DNA of 64,000 bases, from positions 22,080 to 86,079 of the forward strand of contig JBBCJA010000025.1 of assembly GCA_037189585.1 (NCBI GenBank), given 5' to 3'. The translations under genes and the position numbers were made by a program. Below are positions 46,020 to 56,084 of this stretch, one piece after another. The stretch is from Selenomonadaceae bacterium. GTDB taxonomy: Bacteria > Vulcanimicrobiota > Xenobia > Xenobiales > JADMJV01. Below the pieces are notes generated by a model. It ran no database searches and was not told where the DNA came from. It worked only from the letters and a program-made list of their open reading frames with translations. Within the stretch, counting starts at the first letter, position 1. Each line of letters begins with the position of its first letter.

Positions 46020-48419
46020 CTAGGCGTCAGTGTAGCCCAGGCGAGCACGGTGATACAGCTCGAGAAGCTCGGTGGTCGGTTCGAGCTCATACTCGAGGCG
46101 CAGGTTTTTCTCCAGTTTATTGAAGAGTTCGATCACCTGGGTGCCACGATTGAGGCGAATCAACGCTCTCATCTGTAAAGCGTGAGCGTCCTGCCGATAG
46201 GGGGCCAACTCCACCGCTGAACGCGCGTGCTCGGCCGCCTCCTCATCCTCGTTCTTTCTCAAGCTGAGTTGAGCCGCCTTGACGTAAACCTCCAGCGCCG
46301 TGGTCTCCATCTTCTCTCGAACTTCGAGAGCGAAGTCGTGGTAGCATCCCTCGAGATAGGGCCCACGATAGACCCGGCCGGCCAGGCGAAGGTGGCCCAG
46401 GGCGGTGTCGATATCTCCCGCGGACTCCAGGCGAAGGCCCTCGGCCGCGGCTTTCTCGAACTCTTCCAGGTCGTGCCAGCGCGGGAACTCGGGATGGAGA
46501 CTGAGGGTGTCGTGTACGCGCACCAGGGCCGTCTCGAAATCCGGGTTGAGCGTGCGCAAGGCTCCACGCAAGGTCGTGGTTCCCCAATACAGATTGTTCT
46601 TGTTCTTGGTATTGTCTTTGGGCCAGAAGGCCTCGATGATGTGATCCTCGGCGATAGGCTTGCCCCAACGCGAAGCCAGGTAAGCGAAGAGAAACTTGAT
46701 TTTTCGTGTCTTCCACAGCGACTCCGGCGCGACTTCACCCTGGTTGACCAACTCCAAGGGGCCAAAGGAGTGAACCCGCAGGATCTGGATTCTAGGCCCG
46801 CCTTCCTGACGCGCCTTAACCGCGGCGACGGCTTCCCGAATCGAGGGTTCGGGGTCGGACTCCAACTGCTCTAACACCAGGTCGGGCAGATATCTAGCCG
46901 AGGCCAGAATACGAGCCACCCTGACCCGCTGCTCGGGAGGACAGTGGGTGGGTTCGAACCAGTGGAGAAAGCGGCGCGGAAAATCGCTGAGAATCTGGAG
47001 TAAGACGGCGGCCAGCGGTGAGCCCTCGGCTGTCTCCGCGCGGCGCAGCAGGGTCGGTATGAACCAGTCAACGTAAGGAGCCAGTTCATTGGCGCTAGCC
47101 GGAGACAAGAGTGCCTTGACTACCTCCTGGCCAACGGTGGCATCCGTCGCCAAGGACAGGGCGTAGCCGATCAGAGCCCGCTTGACGCCCAATCCCATGC
47201 TGTCGGCCGCCTGATCGACGGCTCTCAGCGCCTCCTCGGCTTCCGGCGCCCCGGACTGTTGCAGATAGAGCGCGGCCTCCAAGCCGAACTGGACAAGCGA
47301 GGTCGGGCCGACGCTGCGGGAGAGTCGCAACGCTTTGATGCACAGCGTTCGCGCCTCGCCGGCTTTATTCTCGGAGATGGCTAGCCGAGCCAGGCCCAAC
47401 ATCCCGGCCAAGCGCTCCCGAGTCGGTGTGTCGTTGCCCGCCAAAGCGAGATAGGCCTTACGAGCACTCTCCTTGTCTCCGATCCGCTCGAGAGTGCGCC
47501 CCAGACTGGCTAAGCTTCCGAGCCTCGGCGCCTCCTTACCCTCCTGGCCGGCCAGCTCTCGAGAGGCGGAGCTTCTGGCCGCCGGACGACCGTCCTGAGT
47601 AGTCAAAGCCTCGATCAGGTCGCCCCGAAAACGACCGTTGAGCGCACCCGACAAGGATTCCGAGTCGCGAGGGCGGTCGGTCCCCACGTGGGCCACCAGC
47701 GCCATGGCCACAGCCTGGACGGCGGTGGACAGGTCTTCTCCCTGGGAGTTGGTGGAGAGTGAAGCCAGGATCTCTCGTAACTCCGGAAACTGCCGATTGG
47801 GCGCCAGCAAAGCGGAAGGCTTCTCCAGCCCCGCAAGGTTCTGGGAACCGTGAACGATGGTCGCCCAACGGGCCGCCCGGACAACTTCGGGAGACTGGTG
47901 GAACTGCCGACAGAGAGCAACGGCTGATTCGGCCGCGGTCAAAAGCGAGCCGTCGATCGCCCCCGTGTCGTCGACCACCCTGGCAAGCGAGGTGAGCGAC
48001 CAGTCCAAAATTTCTCGAACGAGGTCTTCCTCGCTTTGTGGAGCTTCCGGGACGCGATCGGCAAGCTGCGCCCGGACGTAGCCAAGCAGCTCTTGCATTT
48101 TGAACGGTTTGGTCAGATATGCCCCGACTTGCAACCGTTCAGCTCTGGCGGTTTCATGCTCTGTCGCGTAGCCGCTAACGATCAGGCTGCCGATATTGGG
48201 CTGAAGCTTTTGAGTCTGCTCCAGAGCCTCGAGGCCGCCGATCCCTTCCATGCGGATGTCGGCGATGATGAGGTCGAAAGACTCTTGGGCCGCGCACTCC
48301 ACCGCGGTCTCCCCCCTCGCCACGGCCTTGACCTCGAACCCCTCGTCGGTCAAAACCTCGGCCAGAACATCGCGGAGATTGTCGTCGTCTTCCAGGATGA
48401 GAATTCTCGGCGCTGCCAC
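46020..48419 (-). CDS. response regulator with REC, helical-repeat and OmpR-type wHTH/BTAD (SARP-like) output
   Basis: N-terminal REC with a phospho-acceptor D (LIIADIRMEG). The C-terminal region LRVHSFGPLELVNQGE...WKTRKIKFLFAYLASRWGKP...AFWPK matches the SARP/Trans_reg_C + BTAD pattern. Confidence 0.65.
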   Translation of the reverse strand: MAAPRILILEDDDNLRDVLAEVLTDEGFEVKAVARGETAVECAAQESFDLIIADIRMEGIGGLEALEQTQKLQPNIGSLIVSGYATEHETARAERLQVGAYLTKPFKMQELLGYVRAQLADRVPEAPQSEEDLVREILDWSLTSLARVVDDTGAIDGSLLTAAESAVALCRQFHQSPEVVRAARWATIVHGSQNLAGLEKPSALLAPNRQFPELREILASLSTNSQGEDLSTAVQAVAMALVAHVGTDRPRDSESLSGALNGRFRGDLIEALTTQDGRPAARSSASRELAGQEGKEAPRLGSLASLGRTLERIGDKESARKAYLALAGNDTPTRERLAGMLGLARLAISENKAGEARTLCIKALRLSRSVGPTSLVQFGLEAALYLQQSGAPEAEEALRAVDQAADSMGLGVKRALIGYALSLATDATVGQEVVKALLSPASANELAPYVDWFIPTLLRRAETAEGSPLAAVLLQILSDFPRRFLHWFEPTHCPPEQRVRVARILASARYLPDLVLEQLESDPEPSIREAVAAVKARQEGGPRIQILRVHSFGPLELVNQGEVAPESLWKTRKIKFLFAYLASRWGKPIAEDHIIEAFWPKDNTKNKNNLYWGTTTLRGALRTLNPDFETALVRVHDTLSLHPEFPRWHDLEEFEKAAAEGLRLESAGDIDTALGHLRLAGRVYRGPYLEGCYHDFALEVREKMETTALEVYVKAAQLSLRKNEDEEAAEHARSAVELAPYRQDAHALQMRALIRLNRGTQVIELFNKLEKNLRLEYELEPTTELLELYHRARLGYTDA

Positions 48420-48453
48420 CGCGGCGACTTCTTAAAGGCTAGAATGAACTCCT

Positions 48454-48885
48454 TTAGCGAGTGATCGTGCGGCGCGGTACGGCGTTCGCCGCGGCTAGAG
48501 CTGTTAGCGTCGCGATGAGGGGCTCGACGCCGGTCCCATCGCGAGTGATACCCACGGCATCCGCAAGACGGACGATACCGGCGGTATCGAGGGGCGACAT
48601 GACGTTCTCGATCAGGACGGGGTCCGTTCGCCCGAGAGTCTGCCTGATCGCCGCGACCGCGTCCGCGGCGGCCCATCGCACTTCCCCGAACTGATACGGC
48701 AGGCTGAGGATAGTTACGGTCTGGTCATCGAGTAGCTTCTCGCAAGCTGCGAGCAGTTGCTCGTCCGCGACTGGCTCCACGGCGAGAGCGTTGAGCGCGT
48801 TCACGCGCTTGCGAGGGTCAGAGCCCTCGAGGCGCGCGAGCAGGTGCTCGTAGGCGTCGGCGGCGTCAGACATGAAACCGATCAC
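48454..48885 (-). CDS. hypothetical protein (HEAT-like helical)
   Basis: 143-aa Ala/Leu-rich ORF overlapping the adjacent genes in an operon. Confidence 0.35.
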   Translation of the reverse strand: MIGFMSDAADAYEHLLARLEGSDPRKRVNALNALAVEPVADEQLLAACEKLLDDQTVTILSLPYQFGEVRWAAADAVAAIRQTLGRTDPVLIENVMSPLDTAGIVRLADAVGITRDGTGVEPLIATLTALAAANAVPRRTITR

Positions 48886-49574
48886 ACCCCGACTTCACGC
48901 CGCTCTTCTCGACTAAAGGCTGTGCCAACCCCGATCCAAGAGGCCGCGGCTCCCCATGCCTGTAGGTTGGACAAGGCCGCGAAGAGATGATACAGGTGGT
49001 TGGAGAGCCGGCCATCTAGAGCGGCCGATATGACCAGTATCACCGAGGCTGCGAAAAGGGCTTTCATCCAACAGCTTCGGGGAGCCACGCTCAAGCCGAC
49101 CGACAACGCCACCGCCACCGCCACGCTGACCGGCAGCAGGTAGCCGAGGTGAGCCTGAAGCACCAGGCGAAGGCTAACCAAAGCCTCGACCGGCGCGGCA
49201 AGAGAGGCCGCCGACACCATAGCCAGTGCGCCGGCCAGGGCGACTAGTACCCGAACACCACCCGAGAAGAAGCCTCCCACGAAGCGACCCTGGCACTCCG
49301 CCGAGTCGCTCAAGAGGCTCGCGCACCTTTTCACCATCGCGGTGGTGGACATCTGAGCCCCCTCGCGGGTCTCCCCTTCAGGGTCCAGCATGAAGTAGAT
49401 CGCTTGCAGTCCACACAGCCCGTAGAAGACGTCGTCGAGCGGTCCGAACCAGATGGTGACCAACGGTTGTAGTTCGACCACCTGCATGGTGATGGCTAGT
49501 TGGGCCGCGAAATCGCACACCAAGAGCAGGACGAAAAAGGAAAGAAAGCTTTTCTGCGCCTGACTTTGACTCAT
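48882..49574 (-). CDS. membrane protein of unknown function
   Basis: Several hydrophobic helices; 4-nt overlap with ppc. Confidence 0.4.
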   Translation of the reverse strand: MSQSQAQKSFLSFFVLLLVCDFAAQLAITMQVVELQPLVTIWFGPLDDVFYGLCGLQAIYFMLDPEGETREGAQMSTTAMVKRCASLLSDSAECQGRFVGGFFSGGVRVLVALAGALAMVSAASLAAPVEALVSLRLVLQAHLGYLLPVSVAVAVALSVGLSVAPRSCWMKALFAASVILVISAALDGRLSNHLYHLFAALSNLQAWGAAASWIGVGTAFSREERREVGV

Positions 49575-52267
49575 CCGGTTGTCCTCAATCCCGCGGCGAT
49601 CCCCTTAATGGCCAACCGCATTAAAATCGGTGCTTCCTGATTGCCGGCCTCGGCCTCCTCAAAGGCCCGTAGCTGGATCAGGTTCAGCGGATCCACGTAG
49701 GGGTTCCGCCGGGTCAAAGAAGCGGCGAGCCAGGGCACGGAATCGAGCAGTTCCCTCTCTCCCGTGACCTTCAAGATCGCCTCTTTGGAGCGGGCGTGCT
49801 CGGCCTGGATCTTCGTCCAGACGTCCCACACCTCGGGCGTCTTTCGCTGCCGGCGGGCGTAAGCCTCGGCGATCCCCATATCCGCCTTGGTCAGCGCCAG
49901 GGTGGCGTTGCCGACAAGGGCCGCGAAAAAGCTCCACTCCTGATACATCTCGCGCAACGCCTCCAGGTTGTGGGACTCGAAAGCCAGGCCCAACCCGTAC
50001 CAGGCCGGAAGAAGAATACGAGCCTGGGTCCAGGCGAAGGACCAGGGAATGGCACGCAAGTTCTCGATCGACGGGGTCTGATCGCGCCGCGAGGGGCGCG
50101 AGCCGATGGGCAGTTGCTCGATCTCGGCGATGGGGGTGATCTCTCGGAAGAAGCGCAAGAATCCCGGCATGGCCAGCAAGTCTCGATAGGCCTTCAAGGC
50201 TGTCTCGGACATGCGATCCATGGCGCCTGCCCACTTGTCGGCTAAACTTTCGTTTTCGCTATGCTCAGGCTCGTGAATGGAGATCTGGGCCCACAGTAGC
50301 TGCTCCAGATGTCGATAGGCGATAGCTGGATCGTCGTAGCGCTCGGCCAAGACCTCACCTTGCTCGGTCACCCGAAGACCGGCTCGGGCCACCTTCACCG
50401 GTAGAGAAAGGATCGAGCGGGCGGCCGGTCCTCCACCTCTCCCCAAGGCTCCGCCGCGTCCGTGAAAAAACAGCAGCCCCACGCCGTGCTTTTGAGCCAC
50501 CTCAGCCAAACGACGCTGGGACTGATAGAGGTTCCAGTTGGCGGACAGGTAGCCTCCGTCCTTGGTGCTGTCCGAGTAGCCGATCATCACCAGCTGCTGA
50601 GACGGGTCGCCTTCCATGGATTCCCGATAAAGCGGATGAGAAAAGAGCGCCTCCAGAATGTCCGGCCCATGGCGCAGATCGTCCACCGTTTCCAACAAAG
50701 GGGCCAACGGCTGTTGAACATTGGGACAGAAGGTTCGTCGCAGCCAGAGCAGCCCAAGGATGTCGGAGGGGCGCTCGGTCATGCTAACGATGTGCGCTCC
50801 CAATCCCTCTCCCTGACTTTTCAAGCAGAACTGCTCCAGCACGCCGAAGAGCTCGATGACGGATTGGGTCGCTTCGGAATACCCTACCCGAGTGAGAGGC
50901 AGCTCGGTTCGCAAAGCCTGATCCAGAATTCGAATCCGCTCTTGCTCCGGCGCCTCCTCCAGGTCGGGGTGAAGACCGATGCCTGCGATCAATTCCGAAA
51001 CCGCCTCCCGCAGAGACTTGGCGTTGTCCCGAATATCCAGCCTGGCCGTGCAAAAGCCGAAGCTCTCGGCGCAGGCCCTCCAGGCCCGCAAGGGAGGAAC
51101 GACGGCGGAGGCCGAGTCGGGGCGATGGGCGGCTAGACTGTTCTCCAGAAGCTTGAGATCGCGCACCAAGCCGGCGCTGCCCCGGTAGGCCGCCACTCCC
51201 CCCAGGGCTGTCTGCTCGAGCCGCCAGTCCAGGACAGTCAGGAAACGCCGGTAGACTTCCTCGGAGGGATGCCGGCTCAGGCGTGAACCGAGGGCCGGAA
51301 ACTCCTGGGCGAAGTGTTCCAGCCGATCGATCAGGCGTTGGTCCATCGGAACCAGGAGCGAGGACTGAGTCAGGACCTCCATCAGCTCGCGAGCTTTCTC
51401 GCGATGCTTGCTCAGGGTGAACTGGCGAAGGCGATCCAATGTCGCGGCCGTGACCGAAGCGGTGACGAAGGGGTTCCCGTCGCGATCGCCACCGATCCAG
51501 GTACCGAACCGAAACAAGGTCGGGACTTCCTCCACCAGCTCCGGATAGTGCTCGCCCAGGGCTTGCTCAAGATCCTCGGCCAGGCCCGGAACGACCAACC
51601 AGAGGCTGTCGAGCACGAAAAGAGAGCGTTCCATCTCCTCCATCACGGTGGGCCTGTCGGCCCGCAACAGGTCGGTCTCCCACAGCGCGGTCAGCTCGCT
51701 GGAGATGTCACGGCGCAGCCGAGCTTGCTCCCGAGCCAAAAGCTCGCCCGTCTGGCGCTCTTCCAAGAGCTTGCGAATCCGTCGCAACTTCATCCTGACC
51801 GCGCGGCGCTTGGCCTCGGTCGGGTGAGCGGTGAAGACCGGCTCGATGAGCGAGCCTCGTAGTACCTCCCGCAGCTCGTCGACGGACATTCCGCGCGACT
51901 TCAGCCCAGCGATGGCGGCCCGGATCGACTCGCGCCGAGGGGAAGGCTCGCGCTCTCTCTCCCGTTGCCGTAGAACTCGGACGCGGTGGCGATCCTCGGC
52001 CAAGTTGGCCAGGTCGAAGAAGATGGAGAAAGCCCGGCAGAGGGCGAAGAGCGACTTCACCGAGCAGCCCCAGAGGGCGCCATGCAGGCGCTCTTCAGCT
52101 CCCTCCTCTCCCTGACGGCGCGCTTTGGAAAGCTGGCGAACCCGCTCCTCCAGGTCGAGCGTCTCCTCTCCCTCTTTCAAGGCGATCACCTCACCCAAAA
52201 TCTCGCCCAGAAAACGCACCTCGGCGCGTAGCTCCTGATCAGTGGGAAGAGTTGGCGGCACGCGCAC
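49571..52267 (-). CDS. ppc: phosphoenolpyruvate carboxylase
   Basis: TAHPTE, VMIGYSDSTKDGG and FHGRGGALGRGGGP signatures with a C-terminal ...LRTTG tail; 898 aa. Confidence 0.9.
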   Translation of the reverse strand: MRVPPTLPTDQELRAEVRFLGEILGEVIALKEGEETLDLEERVRQLSKARRQGEEGAEERLHGALWGCSVKSLFALCRAFSIFFDLANLAEDRHRVRVLRQREREREPSPRRESIRAAIAGLKSRGMSVDELREVLRGSLIEPVFTAHPTEAKRRAVRMKLRRIRKLLEERQTGELLAREQARLRRDISSELTALWETDLLRADRPTVMEEMERSLFVLDSLWLVVPGLAEDLEQALGEHYPELVEEVPTLFRFGTWIGGDRDGNPFVTASVTAATLDRLRQFTLSKHREKARELMEVLTQSSLLVPMDQRLIDRLEHFAQEFPALGSRLSRHPSEEVYRRFLTVLDWRLEQTALGGVAAYRGSAGLVRDLKLLENSLAAHRPDSASAVVPPLRAWRACAESFGFCTARLDIRDNAKSLREAVSELIAGIGLHPDLEEAPEQERIRILDQALRTELPLTRVGYSEATQSVIELFGVLEQFCLKSQGEGLGAHIVSMTERPSDILGLLWLRRTFCPNVQQPLAPLLETVDDLRHGPDILEALFSHPLYRESMEGDPSQQLVMIGYSDSTKDGGYLSANWNLYQSQRRLAEVAQKHGVGLLFFHGRGGALGRGGGPAARSILSLPVKVARAGLRVTEQGEVLAERYDDPAIAYRHLEQLLWAQISIHEPEHSENESLADKWAGAMDRMSETALKAYRDLLAMPGFLRFFREITPIAEIEQLPIGSRPSRRDQTPSIENLRAIPWSFAWTQARILLPAWYGLGLAFESHNLEALREMYQEWSFFAALVGNATLALTKADMGIAEAYARRQRKTPEVWDVWTKIQAEHARSKEAILKVTGERELLDSVPWLAASLTRRNPYVDPLNLIQLRAFEEAEAGNQEAPILMRLAIKGIAAGLRTTG

Positions 52268-52826
52268 CTCGCAGCATCTTGATCAAAGTGGCGCGGACAC
52301 TGTTGGCGTCCTCGCATCTTTGGGGAAAAGGTATGAAGTGGTGTTCACCGCCGGCGGTGAGATAAAATCCCTCGGACTCGACCCAGGGCATGGTGATGTC
52401 CTGAGTCTCGGAGAAGTCAGCCCGCCCGATGAGTCCCAGAAAGAGCCCGAAGGTGTCGGCGTGGTCGGCCTCCATATGGGAGCAGATACTGTCGGCGCTC
52501 TCCCACAACGGATCGGGCGCGACTTTGGCCAATTCCTCCTCGGGCCAGGACTCCGCGGTCCCCTGGAACGTGATGAGGCTCCATCCACCCCTAGAATCTC
52601 GCTCTAGAACGAAAAGACTATCTCCACTCAAAGTAGAGCCTACTTTCACCCGCTCTCCGGCGTCGGAGGACACCACACTCATCGCATGGGGCCTGGAGTC
52701 ACCGCCCGCGTGGGCCAGGCGATGCCGAATTGTTGAAGCGATGGTGGCTAGTCCGCCTGTCATATCGCGCCATTCTTCCGAAGGCGCGCGGGGGCCTGTC
52801 GAACGGAGATTTGTGAGCCAGTTCAC
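52239..52826 (-). CDS. DUF2470-domain protein
   Basis: CSHMEADHADTF matches the DUF2470 CxHMNxDHxD motif. Confidence 0.45.
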   Translation of the reverse strand: MNWLTNLRSTGPRAPSEEWRDMTGGLATIASTIRHRLAHAGGDSRPHAMSVVSSDAGERVKVGSTLSGDSLFVLERDSRGGWSLITFQGTAESWPEEELAKVAPDPLWESADSICSHMEADHADTFGLFLGLIGRADFSETQDITMPWVESEGFYLTAGGEHHFIPFPQRCEDANSVRATLIKMLRGARAANSSH

Positions 52827-52891
52827 AGAACAGAGATCTTCTCGAGGTAATAATTCGATCGGGTTGCTGGGACGAGAAGAGGAAGGCCGCT

Positions 52892-53245
52892 ATGCTGTTA
52901 CAATCTCCGACTCCGATGTCTCACCTTCGCGAAGAATTCACCCTCCTTCTAGGAACGGCCGGCGCCGAGTTGGTCGCTCGCACCTGGCAACGATTCCAGT
53001 TAGACCCGGGTGAATCGGATCCCGGCGCTCTCCGTCCCGCCCTGGTGGCGCTTTTTTTCGGTGGCGCGCGCCTGGCCGCTCCACGCGGTGGAGGCCGGGC
53101 TTTAAAACAGATCCTGCGCGACTTCGAGGCCGACTTTTTCTCTCTTTCTCAAGTCGCCGTCGCCCCCTCGAGACAACGAAGGCGGCGAGAGTATCTTTTC
53201 AAGCAAGAATGCCAAGCCAAGCGCTGGACCGAAGGCTATCGATAG
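52892..53245 (+). CDS. hypothetical protein
   Basis: 117-aa ORF with no recognised motifs. Confidence 0.25.
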   Translation: MLLQSPTPMSHLREEFTLLLGTAGAELVARTWQRFQLDPGESDPGALRPALVALFFGGARLAAPRGGGRALKQILRDFEADFFSLSQVAVAPSRQRRRREYLFKQECQAKRWTEGYR

Positions 53246-53521
53246 CTCTACCAGAGATGACCAGTCTCCTAGTAGGTTGTACTGGTCCGGCAAAGAACAC
53301 GAAGAATGACGTAAGTTCTTCGTGCTTTATCACGCTCGTAAAGAACTCGCCAGTCCCCCAACCTGAGCCGCCATCGACCTCTCTGTGCCGTAAGCTTTCG
53401 GAAATCTCCTTGAGGAGGCTCTTCGGTCAAAAGCCTGATGGCTTTGATAATACTGGCTCGATCTGTTTGGCTTATATCTTGAAGGTCTTTGTCCGCGCGA
53501 CGCGTGTATTCGATCGACCAG

Positions 53522-53770
53522 CTAGCCTACTCCGTACCTGTGCTCGATCTCTTCTTGGGATAAGACTTCTCCACGAAGATACTCTTGATGAGCCTCTTCT
53601 AGACTGTCCAGTTCATCTTCGGAAAATTCTTCGTCGTCGTAAAGGGCTCTGTCATGCTCATCGTTAGAACCAGAGTGTTGTTCGAGCACATAGCCAAGAA
53701 ATGTTCCAACAGTTGGAATCTGGCTATCTGGAAGCTTGTCGATAAGTCTATGGAGGTCGAGTCTATTCAT
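53522..53770 (-). CDS. small acidic protein, possible orphan antitoxin-like (DUF2281-like N-terminus)
   Basis: MNRLDLHRLIDKLPDSQIPTVGTFLGYVLEQ resembles the Phd-like DUF2281 N-terminus. No toxin partner is present, and the local GC is lower. Confidence 0.3.
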   Translation of the reverse strand: MNRLDLHRLIDKLPDSQIPTVGTFLGYVLEQHSGSNDEHDRALYDDEEFSEDELDSLEEAHQEYLRGEVLSQEEIEHRYGVG

Positions 53771-53854
53771 GATGTTTCTGGATATTAAAGCGATACCAAG
53801 AGCGAAGATTTGTGAACTCCTTGGTTTATGGTGCCATTCTATCAAAATTCAAGG

Positions 53855-56083
53855 TCACCAGATATAGTTCTTGGCGATCTCGCGAAAGCGGTGGCCGGCC
53901 AGCACGTGAAAGACCCGCACTCTCTCCAGCGAGGTCGGCGAGAGTGAGCCGATGGGGAGATAGATCAACTTCTTACCCAAACGCTGAGCTAGACTAAAAA
54001 AGTAAGAGCGAGGCGCTTCAGCCGCCACGTACAGGACATGGCGGTCCTGACAGTAGTCGATGGCGGCGAACAAGAGCACTTCCGCTTTGGTCTGGGCGCT
54101 CGCGTAGTGCGGGTCGTTCCAGACGTTGGCTAAACGCCGCGGCGGGTAGGAAAGCATCAGCCCACCGTACTCGCAACGCGCGATACCCGGCCCGATGATC
54201 TTCTTGCGACGATCGGTACCGTAGAACGCCATGTCGGACTCCTGATCATACTCGCCGTGCCAGGTGATGCACCAGGGATACTTGTTGCTCCCCTTGTCGG
54301 TGTCAAAGATGAGAACCACCGATCCGGTGCCGCCGGAGATCTTCTTCTCCTCCCGCACGTAAAGTTTCTGACCGTCGGCCCAGTTGCGCAGCGTGGTCCG
54401 CATGTCGATGCCGTCGAGAAGCGAGGTGGTGAAGGGCTCGGTTCGCGAGTGAGCCTCGGACTGAACCTTGATCGCTTTTTTCTGCAGATAGCGACCGTAG
54501 TCTTCGATCACCAGATCTTCCGGAGGGTAACTGCAGATCCGTCCATCCTCGAAGGCTCCGGACCAGTCGTTGGGGTCGTCGGTGGGCGTGTGGCGCTCGT
54601 TCATGGGCAGGCGCTTGATCGTCTGGCGAAGGCGCGGAAAGGTTCGCTGAAGCTGAAAGTGGCGCAGCCGGACCCCGTTGATCTCCAAGTTCTCTCCGTC
54701 AAAGTCGAACATGGAGGCGTCCTCCGGGTCGAGGTCCTGCCAGGGGTAGAACGTGGCCAGGTCCCAGAACTCGAAGGCGTAATTGTGGTCCACGCAGGCC
54801 CGGGCCGCGAAGATCATCGGCAGCATCCCTGGGAGTAGGCGTCCTTGCAAGTGGGCGTAGCGGCGGGCGAACTTGTTGAAATTTTCGTGCTGCCAGCGCT
54901 TGAACGTCTCTCCCGTGTTCTCTTCGTAAAACTTCGCGGCAAGCTCGATAAGCCCCCGGTAGACCAGTTGACGGTCGAGCGTTCCGTCGGCCTGCCGGCA
55001 CTCCCCGTTGAGGCGCTGAAATTCAGCCAGAAGCTCACCCCGGCGGTGGTGCACGTCCTTGTAGGTGAAAAACCTCCCCACTCCCTCAACGGTGGGCTCA
55101 GAAGACGGGGCCTCGGCAGCGTCGTCGTCGCCGAAGCTCGGCGGGGTCCAAGTCTCTGGATTCAAAGAGGCGAGATAGGCGTGAATTCTCTTGAGCAGAT
55201 CAGGAGAGATGTCAGCCACTTCGTCTTTGACTTTCATCCCCAGAAGCTGCTCTAGCGCGCCGAAGACCGACTTTCGGTCAAGCGACGGTTCGGGCTCGGC
55301 CTCAGGCTCCGTCTTCGGCTCCGGCGGCGGTTCCGGAGACTTCCAGACCTGGTCCGGACCGGGACCGCCTCGGGACAGTTCGTGCAGGGTCATCACGAAC
55401 GGCATCTCCTCCGAGAGTGTCCGCACCGTGCGCAGTGTGGGGTGAAAGATGACCATCTTCGGAAGTGCTCCGGCCCCGGGGTCGATACCCTCCAAGGGGC
55501 TCGTGAGCAGTTCCAGCAGGGGATCGACGTGTTTCATGCCCCCCACGAACATCACCCTCCCCTGAGCCGAGAGGCGCTGAAGTCGCAGCGCGATCAAGTG
55601 CTCGCGAGGTTTATCGAACGACTCGCGAGGGTCGTCGCCCATGCCGGACCACAGCTCCCGACAGCTCTGGTAGTAAGCTCCCGGGCCGATGGCGGTGACC
55701 GAATAGGGGTCAGGCACCATATCCCGGCCGAGCGGATAGTCCGGCTCCAAAGAGTCCACGAAGTGAACCGGAATCTCCAGCTCCACCGCGGTGCGAACGG
55801 CCTCGCAGAACGGATCGGTGGGCTCGACACGCCAGAGCGGCACTCCGCTTTCCGGGTTTTCGAGCTCTGAGGCGGTGATAAAGGAGAGCTTGGGGAAGCG
55901 AGCCACCGCCTGCAGATAAATAGGCTCCATCCCCTTGGGCAGTTCTACTGCTACGATGTCAGGCGACAGGTCACGAATGGCCTGGCGAACCGGTCGACAG
56001 AACTCCATTCTCCCATGCAAGATAGGAAGAAGACTGATCCGATCGATGGTCTGAACCCAGGGCTTTTCGCTATCTTCGATCAT
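53855..56083 (-). CDS. large uncharacterised protein (YehM-like) partnered with a MoxR ATPase
   Basis: 742 aa, starting 2 nt after the upstream MoxR-like ATPase gene. Size and context match E. coli yehL–yehM. Confidence 0.45.
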   Translation of the reverse strand: MIEDSEKPWVQTIDRISLLPILHGRMEFCRPVRQAIRDLSPDIVAVELPKGMEPIYLQAVARFPKLSFITASELENPESGVPLWRVEPTDPFCEAVRTAVELEIPVHFVDSLEPDYPLGRDMVPDPYSVTAIGPGAYYQSCRELWSGMGDDPRESFDKPREHLIALRLQRLSAQGRVMFVGGMKHVDPLLELLTSPLEGIDPGAGALPKMVIFHPTLRTVRTLSEEMPFVMTLHELSRGGPGPDQVWKSPEPPPEPKTEPEAEPEPSLDRKSVFGALEQLLGMKVKDEVADISPDLLKRIHAYLASLNPETWTPPSFGDDDAAEAPSSEPTVEGVGRFFTYKDVHHRRGELLAEFQRLNGECRQADGTLDRQLVYRGLIELAAKFYEENTGETFKRWQHENFNKFARRYAHLQGRLLPGMLPMIFAARACVDHNYAFEFWDLATFYPWQDLDPEDASMFDFDGENLEINGVRLRHFQLQRTFPRLRQTIKRLPMNERHTPTDDPNDWSGAFEDGRICSYPPEDLVIEDYGRYLQKKAIKVQSEAHSRTEPFTTSLLDGIDMRTTLRNWADGQKLYVREEKKISGGTGSVVLIFDTDKGSNKYPWCITWHGEYDQESDMAFYGTDRRKKIIGPGIARCEYGGLMLSYPPRRLANVWNDPHYASAQTKAEVLLFAAIDYCQDRHVLYVAAEAPRSYFFSLAQRLGKKLIYLPIGSLSPTSLERVRVFHVLAGHRFREIAKNYIW

Positions 56084-56084
56084 G

